A stretch of 64,000 nucleotides of DNA from Nitrospinales bacterium (GTDB taxonomy: Bacteria > Nitrospinota > Nitrospinia > Nitrospinales > VA-1), in NCBI GenBank assembly GCA_965223345.1, contig CBDCWG010000012.1:512001-576000 (forward strand), in the 5' to 3' direction. Both the position numbers and the translations under genes were made by a program. The notes below the pieces were generated by a model. That model was not told the DNA's origin and searched no databases. It saw only the letters and a program-made list of their open reading frames with translations. Below, piece by piece: positions 32,159 through 41,447 of this stretch (its first letter is position 1; each line of letters begins with the position of its first letter).

Positions 32159-32506
32159 TTATCTCCCTCTCCCCGCTTCGCGGATCAGGGCTTCGACCGC
32201 ATCCATCGGCAGATCCTCGAGTTTTTTGAAACGCACACAGCCTTTGCCCAGATCGAGATGGGCGAGTGCGTTTTTGTATTTTTCCAGCAGCGCCGCGTCG
32301 CAGAGGTACAGGCTCATGTGGTGCTTCTGGCTGGCGATGGCGCAGACAAACCCGTCGATCTCATAGGTCGGCATTTTGCAGGCCATGGTTTCTTGGGCCT
32401 TAGGCAGCAGCGAGCGGATGCGGTCCCGCAAAACGCTGAGGTCTTTGCGGCGCGCCTCCGGCAGCGCGTTGAAGTAATCCTCGGCGCTCTGAGCGGTCTT
32501 GGCCAT
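32159..32506 (-). CDS. DUF1801/YdhG-like (iron chaperone family) protein
   Basis: 'EDYFNALPE', 'MPTY', 'ASQKHHMSLY', 'GKGCVRFKKLEDLP'. Confidence 0.85.
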   Translation of the reverse strand: MAKTAQSAEDYFNALPEARRKDLSVLRDRIRSLLPKAQETMACKMPTYEIDGFVCAIASQKHHMSLYLCDAALLEKYKNALAHLDLGKGCVRFKKLEDLPMDAVEALIREAGRGR

Positions 32507-32508
32507 GC

Positions 32509-34155
32509 TCAAAAGCGCGAGCTGGCCAGCTTCACGTCCGCGCCGCTCCAGGATTGCTCAAACTGTTTCTCCACTTCCGCTGCAGCCTCGGTTTTGCCCT
32601 GCCCTTTGAGACTTGCTTGGAGACCGTACAAGCCCCAACCGTTGCCCTTGTTTTTTTCCAGGTCCTCGCGGTACACGGCTTCGGCCTTTGCGAATTTTCC
32701 CGCCTCGAGCAGCACCGCCCCCAGCGCATGCCGCACGGGAAAGGACCAGTCCGGCGGTTCGTTATAGATGAGAGCATCCTCGATGCCGGCCGCGATGGTG
32801 AGATGATCGATCGCGTCCTGCTGGCGGCCCGCCGCTTCGGCCAGTTCCGCAGACAGGATCTCCGCGCCGATGCGCAGCAGTTTTTTCACGCGGTTGAGAC
32901 CGAAGACCGTCATCTCGTCAATGGCGGGGTCTTTCGCCGTTTTCTGCAAACGGTCGAGCTCGCTCTGCGCCGCAGTGATATTTCCCTTGCGCACCTGCGC
33001 CATGCCACGCGCGAAATGCCACACGCCCGCAGGATAGATGAGTTCCTTTTCCGGCTTCGGTTCCTTAAGGATCGCGTCCCATTTGCCGAAGCGCACAAAG
33101 GCATACAGGGGCATGGAATAAAAATGCTGCAGCGTGCCGCCGAACACAGGATCGTGGATCTTGGTTTTATCGACGTTCTCAGCGGTGCCGCGCGCCGCCT
33201 GGATGGCGAGTTCGCTCTTGCCGCTCATCATGGCCGCCGCCCAGAGAAAGTGGTGTTTGTGCGGCACGTAGGCCAGCGGATACAGCCCCTGGGCTTTCAC
33301 CTGCCTGAGATATTCCTGATCGGCGGCGATGGCGTCCAGGTTGGCTTTGGCCGCGTCCTTGTAGCGGCCGATGTTGATGTAGATGTGCCCCGGCATGTGC
33401 ACCAGGTGTCCGGCTCCGGGAGCCAGGCTCGCCAGCCGGTCCGCCGCCGCTTCCGCCCGGCCGGGATCGTCGGAGGCTTCGACGGCGTGGATGTAAAGAT
33501 GGTTGGCCAATGGATGATCCAGGGTCTTGGCGAGGATCGCTTCCAGGGTGGACACGATCTCCGGCGTCCAGGGTTTGGGCTTCTTGTCCTTTGTCCAGAA
33601 ATCCCAGGGATGCAAATCCATGAGGGCATTGGCGAACAGGGCGGCGGTGTGCAGATCCTCCGGATACCGCTTCGTCACCTCGCGCATGGCGTCGGCGTAC
33701 GCGCGGTCCAGCGCGCTGCGGTCCTTCTGCACTTCCTTGGAATAGCGCTGGGCCATCGCCTCGATGAGCGCCTGCTCCAATTCGCTCGCCCCGCCTTTCA
33801 ACTCCTGCGCTCTCTGAATGGCCGCATGGGCTTTGGGAACCGCCAGGTCCTCCATCGGGGCGTTGAGATTGGGCCCCAGGACCCAGGCCACGCCCCAGTA
33901 GCACATGGCACAGGCGGGGTCCAGCCGCGCCGCCTCACGGAAAGAACGTTCGGCTTCGGCGTGGTTGAACGCGATGGCGAGAATGAATCCCTGATTAAAA
34001 TAACGCTGCACCAGTGGGTCTTTCGTGGTGATGGCAAAGTGCGTGCTGCCCAGATTGTCAAACAGGGGGGCTCTGCGTTCGCCGGCCCAGACGGACACAG
34101 CCACCGAAAACGTCAACAACGATGCCATTAATACGGTCCCATTCAATCGTTTCAT
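32509..34155 (-). CDS. Exported TPR-repeat protein
   Basis: Signal peptide; 'FNQG...FNHAEAERSF', 'HLYIHAVE', 'GHLVHMPGHIY', 'YNEPPDW'. Confidence 0.85.
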   Translation of the reverse strand: MKRLNGTVLMASLLTFSVAVSVWAGERRAPLFDNLGSTHFAITTKDPLVQRYFNQGFILAIAFNHAEAERSFREAARLDPACAMCYWGVAWVLGPNLNAPMEDLAVPKAHAAIQRAQELKGGASELEQALIEAMAQRYSKEVQKDRSALDRAYADAMREVTKRYPEDLHTAALFANALMDLHPWDFWTKDKKPKPWTPEIVSTLEAILAKTLDHPLANHLYIHAVEASDDPGRAEAAADRLASLAPGAGHLVHMPGHIYINIGRYKDAAKANLDAIAADQEYLRQVKAQGLYPLAYVPHKHHFLWAAAMMSGKSELAIQAARGTAENVDKTKIHDPVFGGTLQHFYSMPLYAFVRFGKWDAILKEPKPEKELIYPAGVWHFARGMAQVRKGNITAAQSELDRLQKTAKDPAIDEMTVFGLNRVKKLLRIGAEILSAELAEAAGRQQDAIDHLTIAAGIEDALIYNEPPDWSFPVRHALGAVLLEAGKFAKAEAVYREDLEKNKGNGWGLYGLQASLKGQGKTEAAAEVEKQFEQSWSGADVKLASSRF

Positions 34156-34498
34156 GCTCCATCCCTCACTCATATGGTTTGAAGATTCGTTTTTTTCAGG
34201 CTTCCCGGATTGCCGTCCGGCGGAGGCTTCGTTGCCACCGGTCTTTGTCCGCATCCGGAACGCACGGTTAGAAACCCGCTCGTAAAGGGTTGCGCAGCAG
34301 GGACTCTAAAACCGCCGGTTGCGCCCCCATCTTGGTATTTGCGCATCTTTATGCTGGAAAGGATGCGTTTTCCGTTTTAAATTAATTAAATAGTCCATTC
34401 TCACATAATCCGGTCGGTGCGTGCCCCTGGCTCTCGTTTGCAAACAATCCCGGCTTGCTCCCCTTGCAAGGACACCCAGGCTTTTTTCCCAATATCGC

Positions 34499-35764
34499 AT
34501 GTTCATTCATAAATCCTTCAAATCCTCGCTGCGGCCGAACCCGTTTGGAACACGATGGATGGCGTCTTTGCTCACGGTCGCCGTCGTGGGCTGGACGCCG
34601 TCTCCGTCTGTCGCCGGCGGCGCCGGCGCGCCGTTCTCGCTGCGGGATTTCGCCCGCTCCGCCCCGACGCTGCGGTCGCAGCATCCGGTGCGCACGCTGC
34701 AGGAAAACGCGCACCTGCTCGAGAAAATGGGAGGCATCGTGTTCGAAAGCGCCGCCCGCCCTGACGCCGAGGCCGAGGGGAAACAGGTCGGCATCGAGTA
34801 CCTGCCGCACAACGAGGACGGCAAGCGCCTACGGATTTCCATCGGCGACCGGGATCATTTCCCTGCCATCTTCGACTGGCAGCTGCTCCCCATCGCCCGT
34901 TTCGCCGATTCCAAAGCGACGGCGGTGATCTCCACCACCGAACAAAGCCCCGATAAGATCCGCTACCACCCGGCTTTCAAAAACAACCTGCTGGGACTGC
35001 GCCTGTTCCAGGCCGACACGCTGTTCGACGCGCCGTCTTCCGCGTGGAACCTGCCGCGTTACTACCTTCCGGGCGATCACACGCACTGGGTGACCGCGGA
35101 CCGGGTGCATGTGCGCTCGCTGCCGAACGAGAAAGGCAGCGTCGTCCGGGTGCTGAAAAAATGGGCCGGTGTGAAGGTGCTGCAATCGCAGCTCGGGTGG
35201 TCCCGCATCGAGCTGGGAAAAAAATCCGGCTGGATCACATCCAACCTGTTGACCCGCAAAAGCCCTCCCCTGTTGGGAGGCGGCGAGTCGGGCTTCCACA
35301 CCGAAAAACCCAAGGCCCTGGTGGAACAGATCGAGGCGATCCGCAAACGCCATCACCTGTCGCTTCGGGCCAAATACGGCCGGGACTACCGCTACGGATA
35401 CCTGATCCACGACAAGGACTCCGGCATCGAGTTCCAATCCGAGCCCGGCCGCTTCACGCTGACCGGTCAGCCGGAGTACTATTTCTGGAGCGGCCGCAAG
35501 GGCGAAGGCAAAACACACCCGGTCGTGCACATGAATTTCGAGATGCGGCAAAAAATCCAGCTCATCGGGCAGGTCAATCCGGTGGTCTTCCAAGCCCTGC
35601 TCAACACCATGCGCTACGCGGCTTTTTTCCGCTACTGCAAAAATAAGAACCCCAGGCAGTGGAAATCGTTTCTAAAGTCTTTGGAACCTGTTAAAATCCC
35701 CTCGATCGAAATACCGGTCACCTCGATTTTTCACGGCAATCGTTATCAACCCGGATCCGGGTAA
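34499..35764 (+). CDS. Exported hypothetical protein with internal SH3b domain
   Basis: 'VTADRVHVRSLP...V..LKK...V.VL...GWSRI...GWITSNLL'; start uncertain (34421 possible). Confidence 0.7.
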   Translation: MFIHKSFKSSLRPNPFGTRWMASLLTVAVVGWTPSPSVAGGAGAPFSLRDFARSAPTLRSQHPVRTLQENAHLLEKMGGIVFESAARPDAEAEGKQVGIEYLPHNEDGKRLRISIGDRDHFPAIFDWQLLPIARFADSKATAVISTTEQSPDKIRYHPAFKNNLLGLRLFQADTLFDAPSSAWNLPRYYLPGDHTHWVTADRVHVRSLPNEKGSVVRVLKKWAGVKVLQSQLGWSRIELGKKSGWITSNLLTRKSPPLLGGGESGFHTEKPKALVEQIEAIRKRHHLSLRAKYGRDYRYGYLIHDKDSGIEFQSEPGRFTLTGQPEYYFWSGRKGEGKTHPVVHMNFEMRQKIQLIGQVNPVVFQALLNTMRYAAFFRYCKNKNPRQWKSFLKSLEPVKIPSIEIPVTSIFHGNRYQPGSG

Positions 35765-35855
35765 ACTCAAAATCCCCCGCAGCATCACCCGGCTTCGTTC
35801 CGCCTGCATCTCGACTCGCAAACGGATCCGGCCCGACACCCTCTGGACGCCCGAC

Positions 35856-36974
35856 ATGGCCGCAAAAAAGAAGAAACCCCTGCCGAAACGCAACGCCACC
35901 TTCAAGGAACTGTTTTCGCCGCAGAAAAAATACGCCTATTTTGAACACGGCGAGCAGCACGCCTTCAAACACAAAGCCAAGCGCTTTCAGTGGGTCAACG
36001 GCTGGTGGCTGGCCGAAGCCTCTATGCTGGCCTACTGCGATAGCGCCACCGTGATCAAAAAGCTGACCGTCCCTGCGCCGCGCTCCCAAAGCGACGCGTT
36101 TTTTGAAGAGGCGCTTTTTTTCGACCGCGGCGGCACCCAGTGTTTTGTGGCGCACAACCGGGATTTCGTCCTCGTTGCCTTCCGCGGAACCCTGATCCCG
36201 AGATCCGGGAAGAGCCCTTCTGCCACGGCCGCCAAAGAGCCGCCGAACATCCCGAAAAAGGCGATGCTGGATCTGAAAAAGTTTTTCTCCGGCAGAACCC
36301 GCGCGAAATACTTCAAACAGTTTTCCGACATTTTCACGGACGTGAACATCGTTCTCGAAGCGGACCCGCCGCAGCGCGGAAAAGTGCACCGCGGCTTCAA
36401 GCAGGCCCTGGATGCGATCTGGAATCCCCCGGACACCGGCGAAGAGGCGGAATCCGATGCCCAGCCCGGGTTGAAAGCCACGCTCGATAAAATCCGCGCC
36501 CGCGGCAAACGGCGTCACGGCAAGGAGCCGACGCTCTGGTTCACCGGGCACAGCCTGGGTGCGGCGCTGGCGACGCTGGCCGCCAACCGCTACAAAAAAG
36601 TTCAGGGGCTGTACACGTTCGGCTCCCCTATGGTAGGCGATGCGGAGTTCATCAAGGAATTTCAGGTTCCGCAGCATTTCCGCATCGTCAACAACCGCGA
36701 CATCGTCGCCCTGGTGCCGCCGCGTCTGCCGCCGTTTTTCGATTACTGCCACCTGGACGGCGTGCGCAAGATCACCCACCCCAAGCCCAACCGGGTGGCG
36801 CTGCAAACCGGCGAAAGCGACGACGGACTGTATTCGGGCGGCTACGACATCCTGAGCCTGATCGCCTCGATCCCGAAGATTCCCGACGGCACCCTGCCCG
36901 GCAGGCTGTTCGACCACTGCCCCTACGCCTACGTGGCCCACACCTGGAATCTCTATCTCAAGTCCTTGACCTGA
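35856..36974 (+). CDS. Lipase class 3 family protein
   Basis: 'VAFRGT', 'VHRGF', 'TGHSLGAALA', 'YTFGSP.VG', 'RIVNNRDIV..VPP'. Confidence 0.9.
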   Translation: MAAKKKKPLPKRNATFKELFSPQKKYAYFEHGEQHAFKHKAKRFQWVNGWWLAEASMLAYCDSATVIKKLTVPAPRSQSDAFFEEALFFDRGGTQCFVAHNRDFVLVAFRGTLIPRSGKSPSATAAKEPPNIPKKAMLDLKKFFSGRTRAKYFKQFSDIFTDVNIVLEADPPQRGKVHRGFKQALDAIWNPPDTGEEAESDAQPGLKATLDKIRARGKRRHGKEPTLWFTGHSLGAALATLAANRYKKVQGLYTFGSPMVGDAEFIKEFQVPQHFRIVNNRDIVALVPPRLPPFFDYCHLDGVRKITHPKPNRVALQTGESDDGLYSGGYDILSLIASIPKIPDGTLPGRLFDHCPYAYVAHTWNLYLKSLT

Positions 36975-36981
36975 CCGTTTC

Positions 36982-37596
36982 TCAGGGCTGGCGGTACAGC
37001 ATCCGCAGATGATCGGCGTACAGAGCGAGCTGCGGCGCCACCAGCTTGGGATCGTCCAGGGTCTTCGACTGCAGCAACGCCCCCTCCAGCACGCAAACGA
37101 GAAAATCCCCCAGCAAGTCGGGGTCCACCTCTTTAACCGGCTCGTATTTTTCGTTGGCGGCGCGGATCTTGGACGCAAACATCTGCCGCCAGTCGAGCAT
37201 CGCCTTCGTGCAAACCTGCAGCACCTCCTCCTCGAACTGCTGACTCTGAAACGCGTAGGCCGCAATCAGGCAGCCGGGAAACGGCTCGTCCAGAGAGTCG
37301 AACATCTCCGCCAGCAACCCCACGAAAATCAAAAGCTGCTGTAAAGGATCGGGGCTCATTTTTTCCGCCCGCGTCATGAATCCGCCAAAAACTTCCAGGT
37401 CCTGGGCGTGAAAGCGCTCGATCAGCCTTTTGGCGAGGTCCGCCTTGTTCTTGAAATGATAAAAAAAGGTCCCTTTGGTGATGCCCGCTTTTTCGATCAC
37501 CTTGTCCACAGAGGTTCCCGCGAACCCGTAACTGAGCACCAGCTCCTGCGCGGTGTCGAGAATCCTTTCCTGCGTCGTCACACTCGATTTCGGCAT
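36982..37596 (-). CDS. TetR/AcrR family transcriptional regulator
   Basis: 'ILDTAQELV..YGFAGTSVDKVIEKAGITKGTFFYHFKNK'; 'PGCL'. Confidence 0.95.
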   Translation of the reverse strand: MPKSSVTTQERILDTAQELVLSYGFAGTSVDKVIEKAGITKGTFFYHFKNKADLAKRLIERFHAQDLEVFGGFMTRAEKMSPDPLQQLLIFVGLLAEMFDSLDEPFPGCLIAAYAFQSQQFEEEVLQVCTKAMLDWRQMFASKIRAANEKYEPVKEVDPDLLGDFLVCVLEGALLQSKTLDDPKLVAPQLALYADHLRMLYRQP

Positions 37597-37640
37597 CGTT
37601 TGACCTCGCCTGGTTGGAGAAATTCATTGCCTGGCTGACC

Positions 37641-37668
37641 ATTATACCGACTGGTCGGTATCTGTCAA
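37641..37668 (-). promoter_or_regulatory. tetR promoter with palindromic operator in the spacer
   Basis: Minus strand TTGACA-16 nt-TATAAT; perfect inverted repeat ATACCGAC-TG-GTCGGTAT at 37644-37661. Confidence 0.85.
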
Positions 37669-37777
37669 CCACCTCACCGCGAATAATTTTGCATTATCCA
37701 CCCCAACAAAACCCATTGCAAATAAAATACTTATGAATTTACGCCTTGTCCCAGACAGGGATTGGTGATTTTTTTTG

Positions 37778-37822
37778 TTGACGACGGCCGCGCACATGAC
37801 TATTTTACACCAACCAGTTGGT
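37778..37822 (+). promoter_or_regulatory. Divergent promoter with second TetR operator
   Basis: TTGACG-17 nt-TATTTT (37778-37806) followed by ACCAAC-CA-GTTGGT (37809-37822), a variant of the first operator. Confidence 0.7.
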
Positions 37823-37987
37823 ACAACAAAAATTCAACCGAAGCCAAAAACCATGAGTATTCCCAAGCAAGACACTTTTCTGCAATCTCTCGCCGTGCCG
37901 GGCCCACATTTGGCAGGGAACCGGGAAAACCCCTTCGGCCCGGCGGTGGAATCCATTCAGAACCGCTTTTTCGAGGAGCGCGCGATC

Positions 37988-38068
37988 ATGAAACGCATTG
38001 CATTTTTTATTTATGGAACGCTGGGACGATCTAATGAGAAACGGCTTAGGAATGAGTTCACAAAATGA
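37988..38068 (+). pseudogene. Possible 5' stub of a deleted membrane protein gene (MddA-like N-terminus)
   Basis: Good RBS GAGGAG, then MKRIAFFIYGTLG and an abrupt switch to AT-rich sequence and a stop after 26 codons. Confidence 0.35.
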
Positions 38069-38121
38069 TTGGTTTTAAACGCCAGCAAACATGAAAACTC
38101 AATTAAAGGGGGTATCATAAG

Positions 38122-39192
38122 ATGACGACTCAACTGCAAACCATCGACGAAAAAAAAATGGGAGACTTTATGGGCAAAATGGTGGGCGACCTTGGAGCCG
38201 CTACCAGCAGTGTGCTCGTTCTCATTGGGCAACGGCTTGGATTGTATAAAGCACTTGTTGAGTACGGTCCGCTCTCGGCCGAAGAGTTGGCAAAAAAAAC
38301 AGGAACCGCGCCGAGATACATTTTAGAGTGGGCTTCCAATCAGGCCGCCTCCGGTTACATTGAATATGACCCGATCACAAATCAGTTTTATCAGGATCCG
38401 GAGCAAGCCGCCGTGTTTGCCGATGAGGAAAGTCCATTCTTTTTAGGAGGAGGTTTTTATTCGATCGCTTCCATGTTTTCCGACGAACCTAAAATCACAG
38501 ACGCATTTCGAACCGGGGAGGGGGTTTCCTGGGGCGCTCATGACTCTTGTCTTTTTTGCGGCGTTGCAAAGTTTTTCAAACCCACCTACAAAGCCAACTT
38601 GATTCAGTCCTGGATTCCGGCTCTCAAGGACGTCCAGGGAAAACTGGAAAGAGGCGCAAAAGTTGCGGATGTCGGTTGCGGATACGGTCACTCCACTCTC
38701 CTTTTAGCGGAAGCGTTTCCCAAAAGCCGCTTTTACGGATTCGATTTTCATGAACCCTCCATTGAACACGCAAAAAAACTGGCCAGAGAAAAAGGGTTCG
38801 ACAATGTGACCTTCGAAACCGCGAAAGCCAAGGATTTTCCTGGAGAGTCCTATGATCTGGTCACCTTTTTCGACTGCCTGCACGATATGGGAGATCCTGC
38901 AGGCGCCGCCAAACATGTGTGTAGCAAATTGGATAAAGACGGCACCTGGATGATCGTGGAACCTTTTGCCCACGATACGCTGGAGCAAAACCTGAATCCT
39001 GTGAGCCGGGTTTATTTTTCCTTTTCGGCGACGGTTTGCACACTCTCGTCTCTGAGTCAGGAAGTGGGTCTTGCATTAGGCGCTCAAGCAGGTGAAAAGA
39101 GGCTTCGTGAAGTGGTGACATCGGGCGGCTTTACCCGGTTTCGACGCGCAGCGGAAACTCCCTTCAACCTTGTTTTGGAAGCCCGCCGCTAA
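38122..39192 (+). CDS. Class I SAM methyltransferase with N-terminal winged HTH (Rv2258c-like)
   Basis: 'IGQRLGLYKAL', 'RYILEW', 'VADVGCGYG', 'FDCLHDMGDP', 'LGAQAGE'. Confidence 0.92.
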   Translation: MTTQLQTIDEKKMGDFMGKMVGDLGAATSSVLVLIGQRLGLYKALVEYGPLSAEELAKKTGTAPRYILEWASNQAASGYIEYDPITNQFYQDPEQAAVFADEESPFFLGGGFYSIASMFSDEPKITDAFRTGEGVSWGAHDSCLFCGVAKFFKPTYKANLIQSWIPALKDVQGKLERGAKVADVGCGYGHSTLLLAEAFPKSRFYGFDFHEPSIEHAKKLAREKGFDNVTFETAKAKDFPGESYDLVTFFDCLHDMGDPAGAAKHVCSKLDKDGTWMIVEPFAHDTLEQNLNPVSRVYFSFSATVCTLSSLSQEVGLALGAQAGEKRLREVVTSGGFTRFRRAAETPFNLVLEARR

Positions 39193-39283
39193 AACCAGCT
39201 TTATTTACTGTCAGAAATTTCTCAATCAAAGAAAGGTCCTGACCTCTATTGAACACGTAAACGAAATCACAAGGAGAAATAAA

Positions 39284-39850
39284 ATGACGACATCCACAAA
39301 AACCAACACGCTGCCCAACGACATCGATGTGCCGGCATTGAAGGAAGTCATCCAGGCGGTGAGTGAGGACGCCTCCAAGGGGAAGGTCAAGTTTCATGTG
39401 ACCACCGGCTGGACGGGACAAACCAGCAGCACCACTAAAGTGCACGCCATGCAGCTGGGCGGCGAAACCGTCGAGCGCTCGTTTTCCATCCGCGCGGACG
39501 AGCCGCCGGAACTTTTGGGAAGCAACACGGCGCCCAACCCGCAGGAGCTGCTGTTCTCGGCGATGAACGCCTGCATGCTGGTGGGCTATGTGGTGGGGGC
39601 CTCGTTCAAAGGCATCACGCTGGAAAAACTGGAGATCGAAACGCAGGGCGAACTGGATCTGCGCGGCTTCCTCGGCATCGACGAAAGCGTCAAGCCGGGT
39701 TACGACAGCATCCAGTACACGGTGCGCATCAAAGGAAATGGAACAAAGGAACAGTTTCAGGAAATCCACGACACCGTCGTCAAGACTTCGCCCAACCGCT
39801 TCAACATGGCGAGTCCGATCCGGCTGGACGGAACCCTGATCGTGGATTGA
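39284..39850 (+). CDS. OsmC family protein
   Basis: 'ADEPPELLGSNTAPNPQELL..AMNAC', 'GELDLRGFLG', 'TSP'; RBS AAGGAG. Confidence 0.9.
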   Translation: MTTSTKTNTLPNDIDVPALKEVIQAVSEDASKGKVKFHVTTGWTGQTSSTTKVHAMQLGGETVERSFSIRADEPPELLGSNTAPNPQELLFSAMNACMLVGYVVGASFKGITLEKLEIETQGELDLRGFLGIDESVKPGYDSIQYTVRIKGNGTKEQFQEIHDTVVKTSPNRFNMASPIRLDGTLIVD

Positions 39851-39890
39851 GTGTTTACTCAGAAAACCTCGAGGCGGATAAAAAATGAAC

Positions 39891-39937
39891 AGGCAGGATC
39901 CCGGCCTTCATGTGCTGGAAGGTCCGGGTCCCTGCCT
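39891..39937. terminator. Long imperfect hairpin between convergent genes
   Basis: AGGCAGG..CCCGG-CCTTC / GAAGG-CCGGG..CCTGCCT; no clear U-tract. Confidence 0.45.
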
Positions 39938-40003
39938 GCCGGGGGAACCGCTTATTCCTGAAGGATCCGATCGAGCATCGCACCCAACTCTCACGCCCTG
40001 TGA

Positions 40004-40438
40004 TCAGATCACTTCAAGCAGGTTGAGCGAAATCGCGATCAGCGCGATCATCTGCAAGGAATTGATCAGCACGCTGAAACGGTGCAGGCGGGCGAACTGC
40101 TTGCCCGCGCTTTTGTCTCCGGATTTCTGCCGGTCGCTGTAGTGGTTGATGCGGTGCATCAAAAACTGACGGCAATAAATGAAACCGGCGAGGATCGCCG
40201 CCAGCAGGGCGATCTGCAGCGGGCCGGCCGCCAGTGCGCCGATCAGCGCGATGGCCGTGACAATCGCGCCCCAGCTGTAGTAGCGCGGGAAAAACGCGCG
40301 CAGGTAGACGCTGGCGGACTGCCGGTCGAGGTGGCTGATCGCTAAAGGAGCGACGATCACGGCGAAGAAGATCATGCTGCCGAGCAGGATGATCACCGAA
40401 TACAGCGTGAAAAAACTGAAATAGTGTGGAATCTCCAT
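40004..40438 (-). CDS. DUF4149 family membrane protein
   Basis: 4 TM; 'FFAVIVAP', 'FPRYY', 'FARLHRFSVLIN'. Confidence 0.85.
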   Translation of the reverse strand: MEIPHYFSFFTLYSVIILLGSMIFFAVIVAPLAISHLDRQSASVYLRAFFPRYYSWGAIVTAIALIGALAAGPLQIALLAAILAGFIYCRQFLMHRINHYSDRQKSGDKSAGKQFARLHRFSVLINSLQMIALIAISLNLLEVI

Positions 40439-40469
40439 CGTTTCCTCTCAACCCGATTGCGTCACCGAT

Positions 40470-40775
40470 TTACGTTTGCCTGGATTTCTTCCGTTTCTCG
40501 TAATAAAATTTTTTCTGACATTCGTGCGAGCAGTATTTTGCCGCTTTGTGCCGCGCGTGAAAGGTGTTGCCGCATTGCACGCAACGCTTGTCGTGAAATT
40601 TACGGGCTCGAGCGTCGGGGCTCTCTCCCTGCTTGAAATTTTCGACGAACCGCCTCGCCTTGCGCGTGGATTTCTGGCCAAGCAGCTTCTCGGTGGACCG
40701 GGACTTGATATCCTTATTTTGATGAACTTTTTTTAAATTCCCTTTGCTGTCATAGATCCTGCACTCATAGGCCAT
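40470..40775 (-). CDS. Small basic hypothetical protein with C-terminal zinc-ribbon motif
   Basis: 101 aa; 'CVQCGNTF...KYCSHEC'. Confidence 0.7.
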   Translation of the reverse strand: MAYECRIYDSKGNLKKVHQNKDIKSRSTEKLLGQKSTRKARRFVENFKQGESPDARARKFHDKRCVQCGNTFHARHKAAKYCSHECQKKFYYEKRKKSRQT

Positions 40776-40954
40776 GTACGCTTCCGCCTTGTATCCACGA
40801 GAAAGAATAAAAAAGAAGAAAATCCGGCTATCCGGTTTTTTATCTTCCGAAGCGCCAGTAGAGAAAACCGGAAAGCCACCAGGCGATTCGCCGGATTTTC
40901 TTCCCCACCTCCTGCCTTTTGACAAAGGCGTTTGCCGTCCATCTCCTATCTACC

Positions 40955-41434
40955 TCAGGAACCCGCCGGTTCGTAAATGTTCCAGTCCTCGTACTTCCCC
41001 GCCTGCGCGTTCTTCGATGATGTGAAGCGAAGCACCTTGATCAGGCAGGTCGCCCCCTCTGATCCCTCGCCGGGAAACACCGCGTGCGGCCTGATTCTCA
41101 GCACCTTCGGAATCACCTGCGCCGATTGCGGCGTGTCCAGCACCAGTTCCACATACGGGTCGGCCTGCAGCTGCGCATTTTCCAGATACGCGACGGTGGT
41201 CGTTTCTTCATTGGGGTGCAACAGCGTCAGCGTGCCCTGCTGAAACCAGATCGCTTTCGGCGCGCTCTCTGAATGGCTGCGCGCTTTCCAGCGGCCGGTC
41301 ATGTTTTTTTGCGGACAGCCCCGCCACTCCGCATCGCTCCAATCCAGCGCCTGCGCGGAGTCCTGCTGCGCAAACACGATCAAGAAAGCTGCCAGTGCGG
41401 CGGCGGAAAAATTGAGACTGCGGATTGAAGTCAT
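40955..41434 (-). CDS. Secreted hypothetical protein
   Basis: Signal peptide ending AQA; RBS CAGGA; 13 nt downstream of the chelatase gene. Confidence 0.65.
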   Translation of the reverse strand: MTSIRSLNFSAAALAAFLIVFAQQDSAQALDWSDAEWRGCPQKNMTGRWKARSHSESAPKAIWFQQGTLTLLHPNEETTTVAYLENAQLQADPYVELVLDTPQSAQVIPKVLRIRPHAVFPGEGSEGATCLIKVLRFTSSKNAQAGKYEDWNIYEPAGS

Positions 41435-41447
41435 GATTGTTTCCTGT

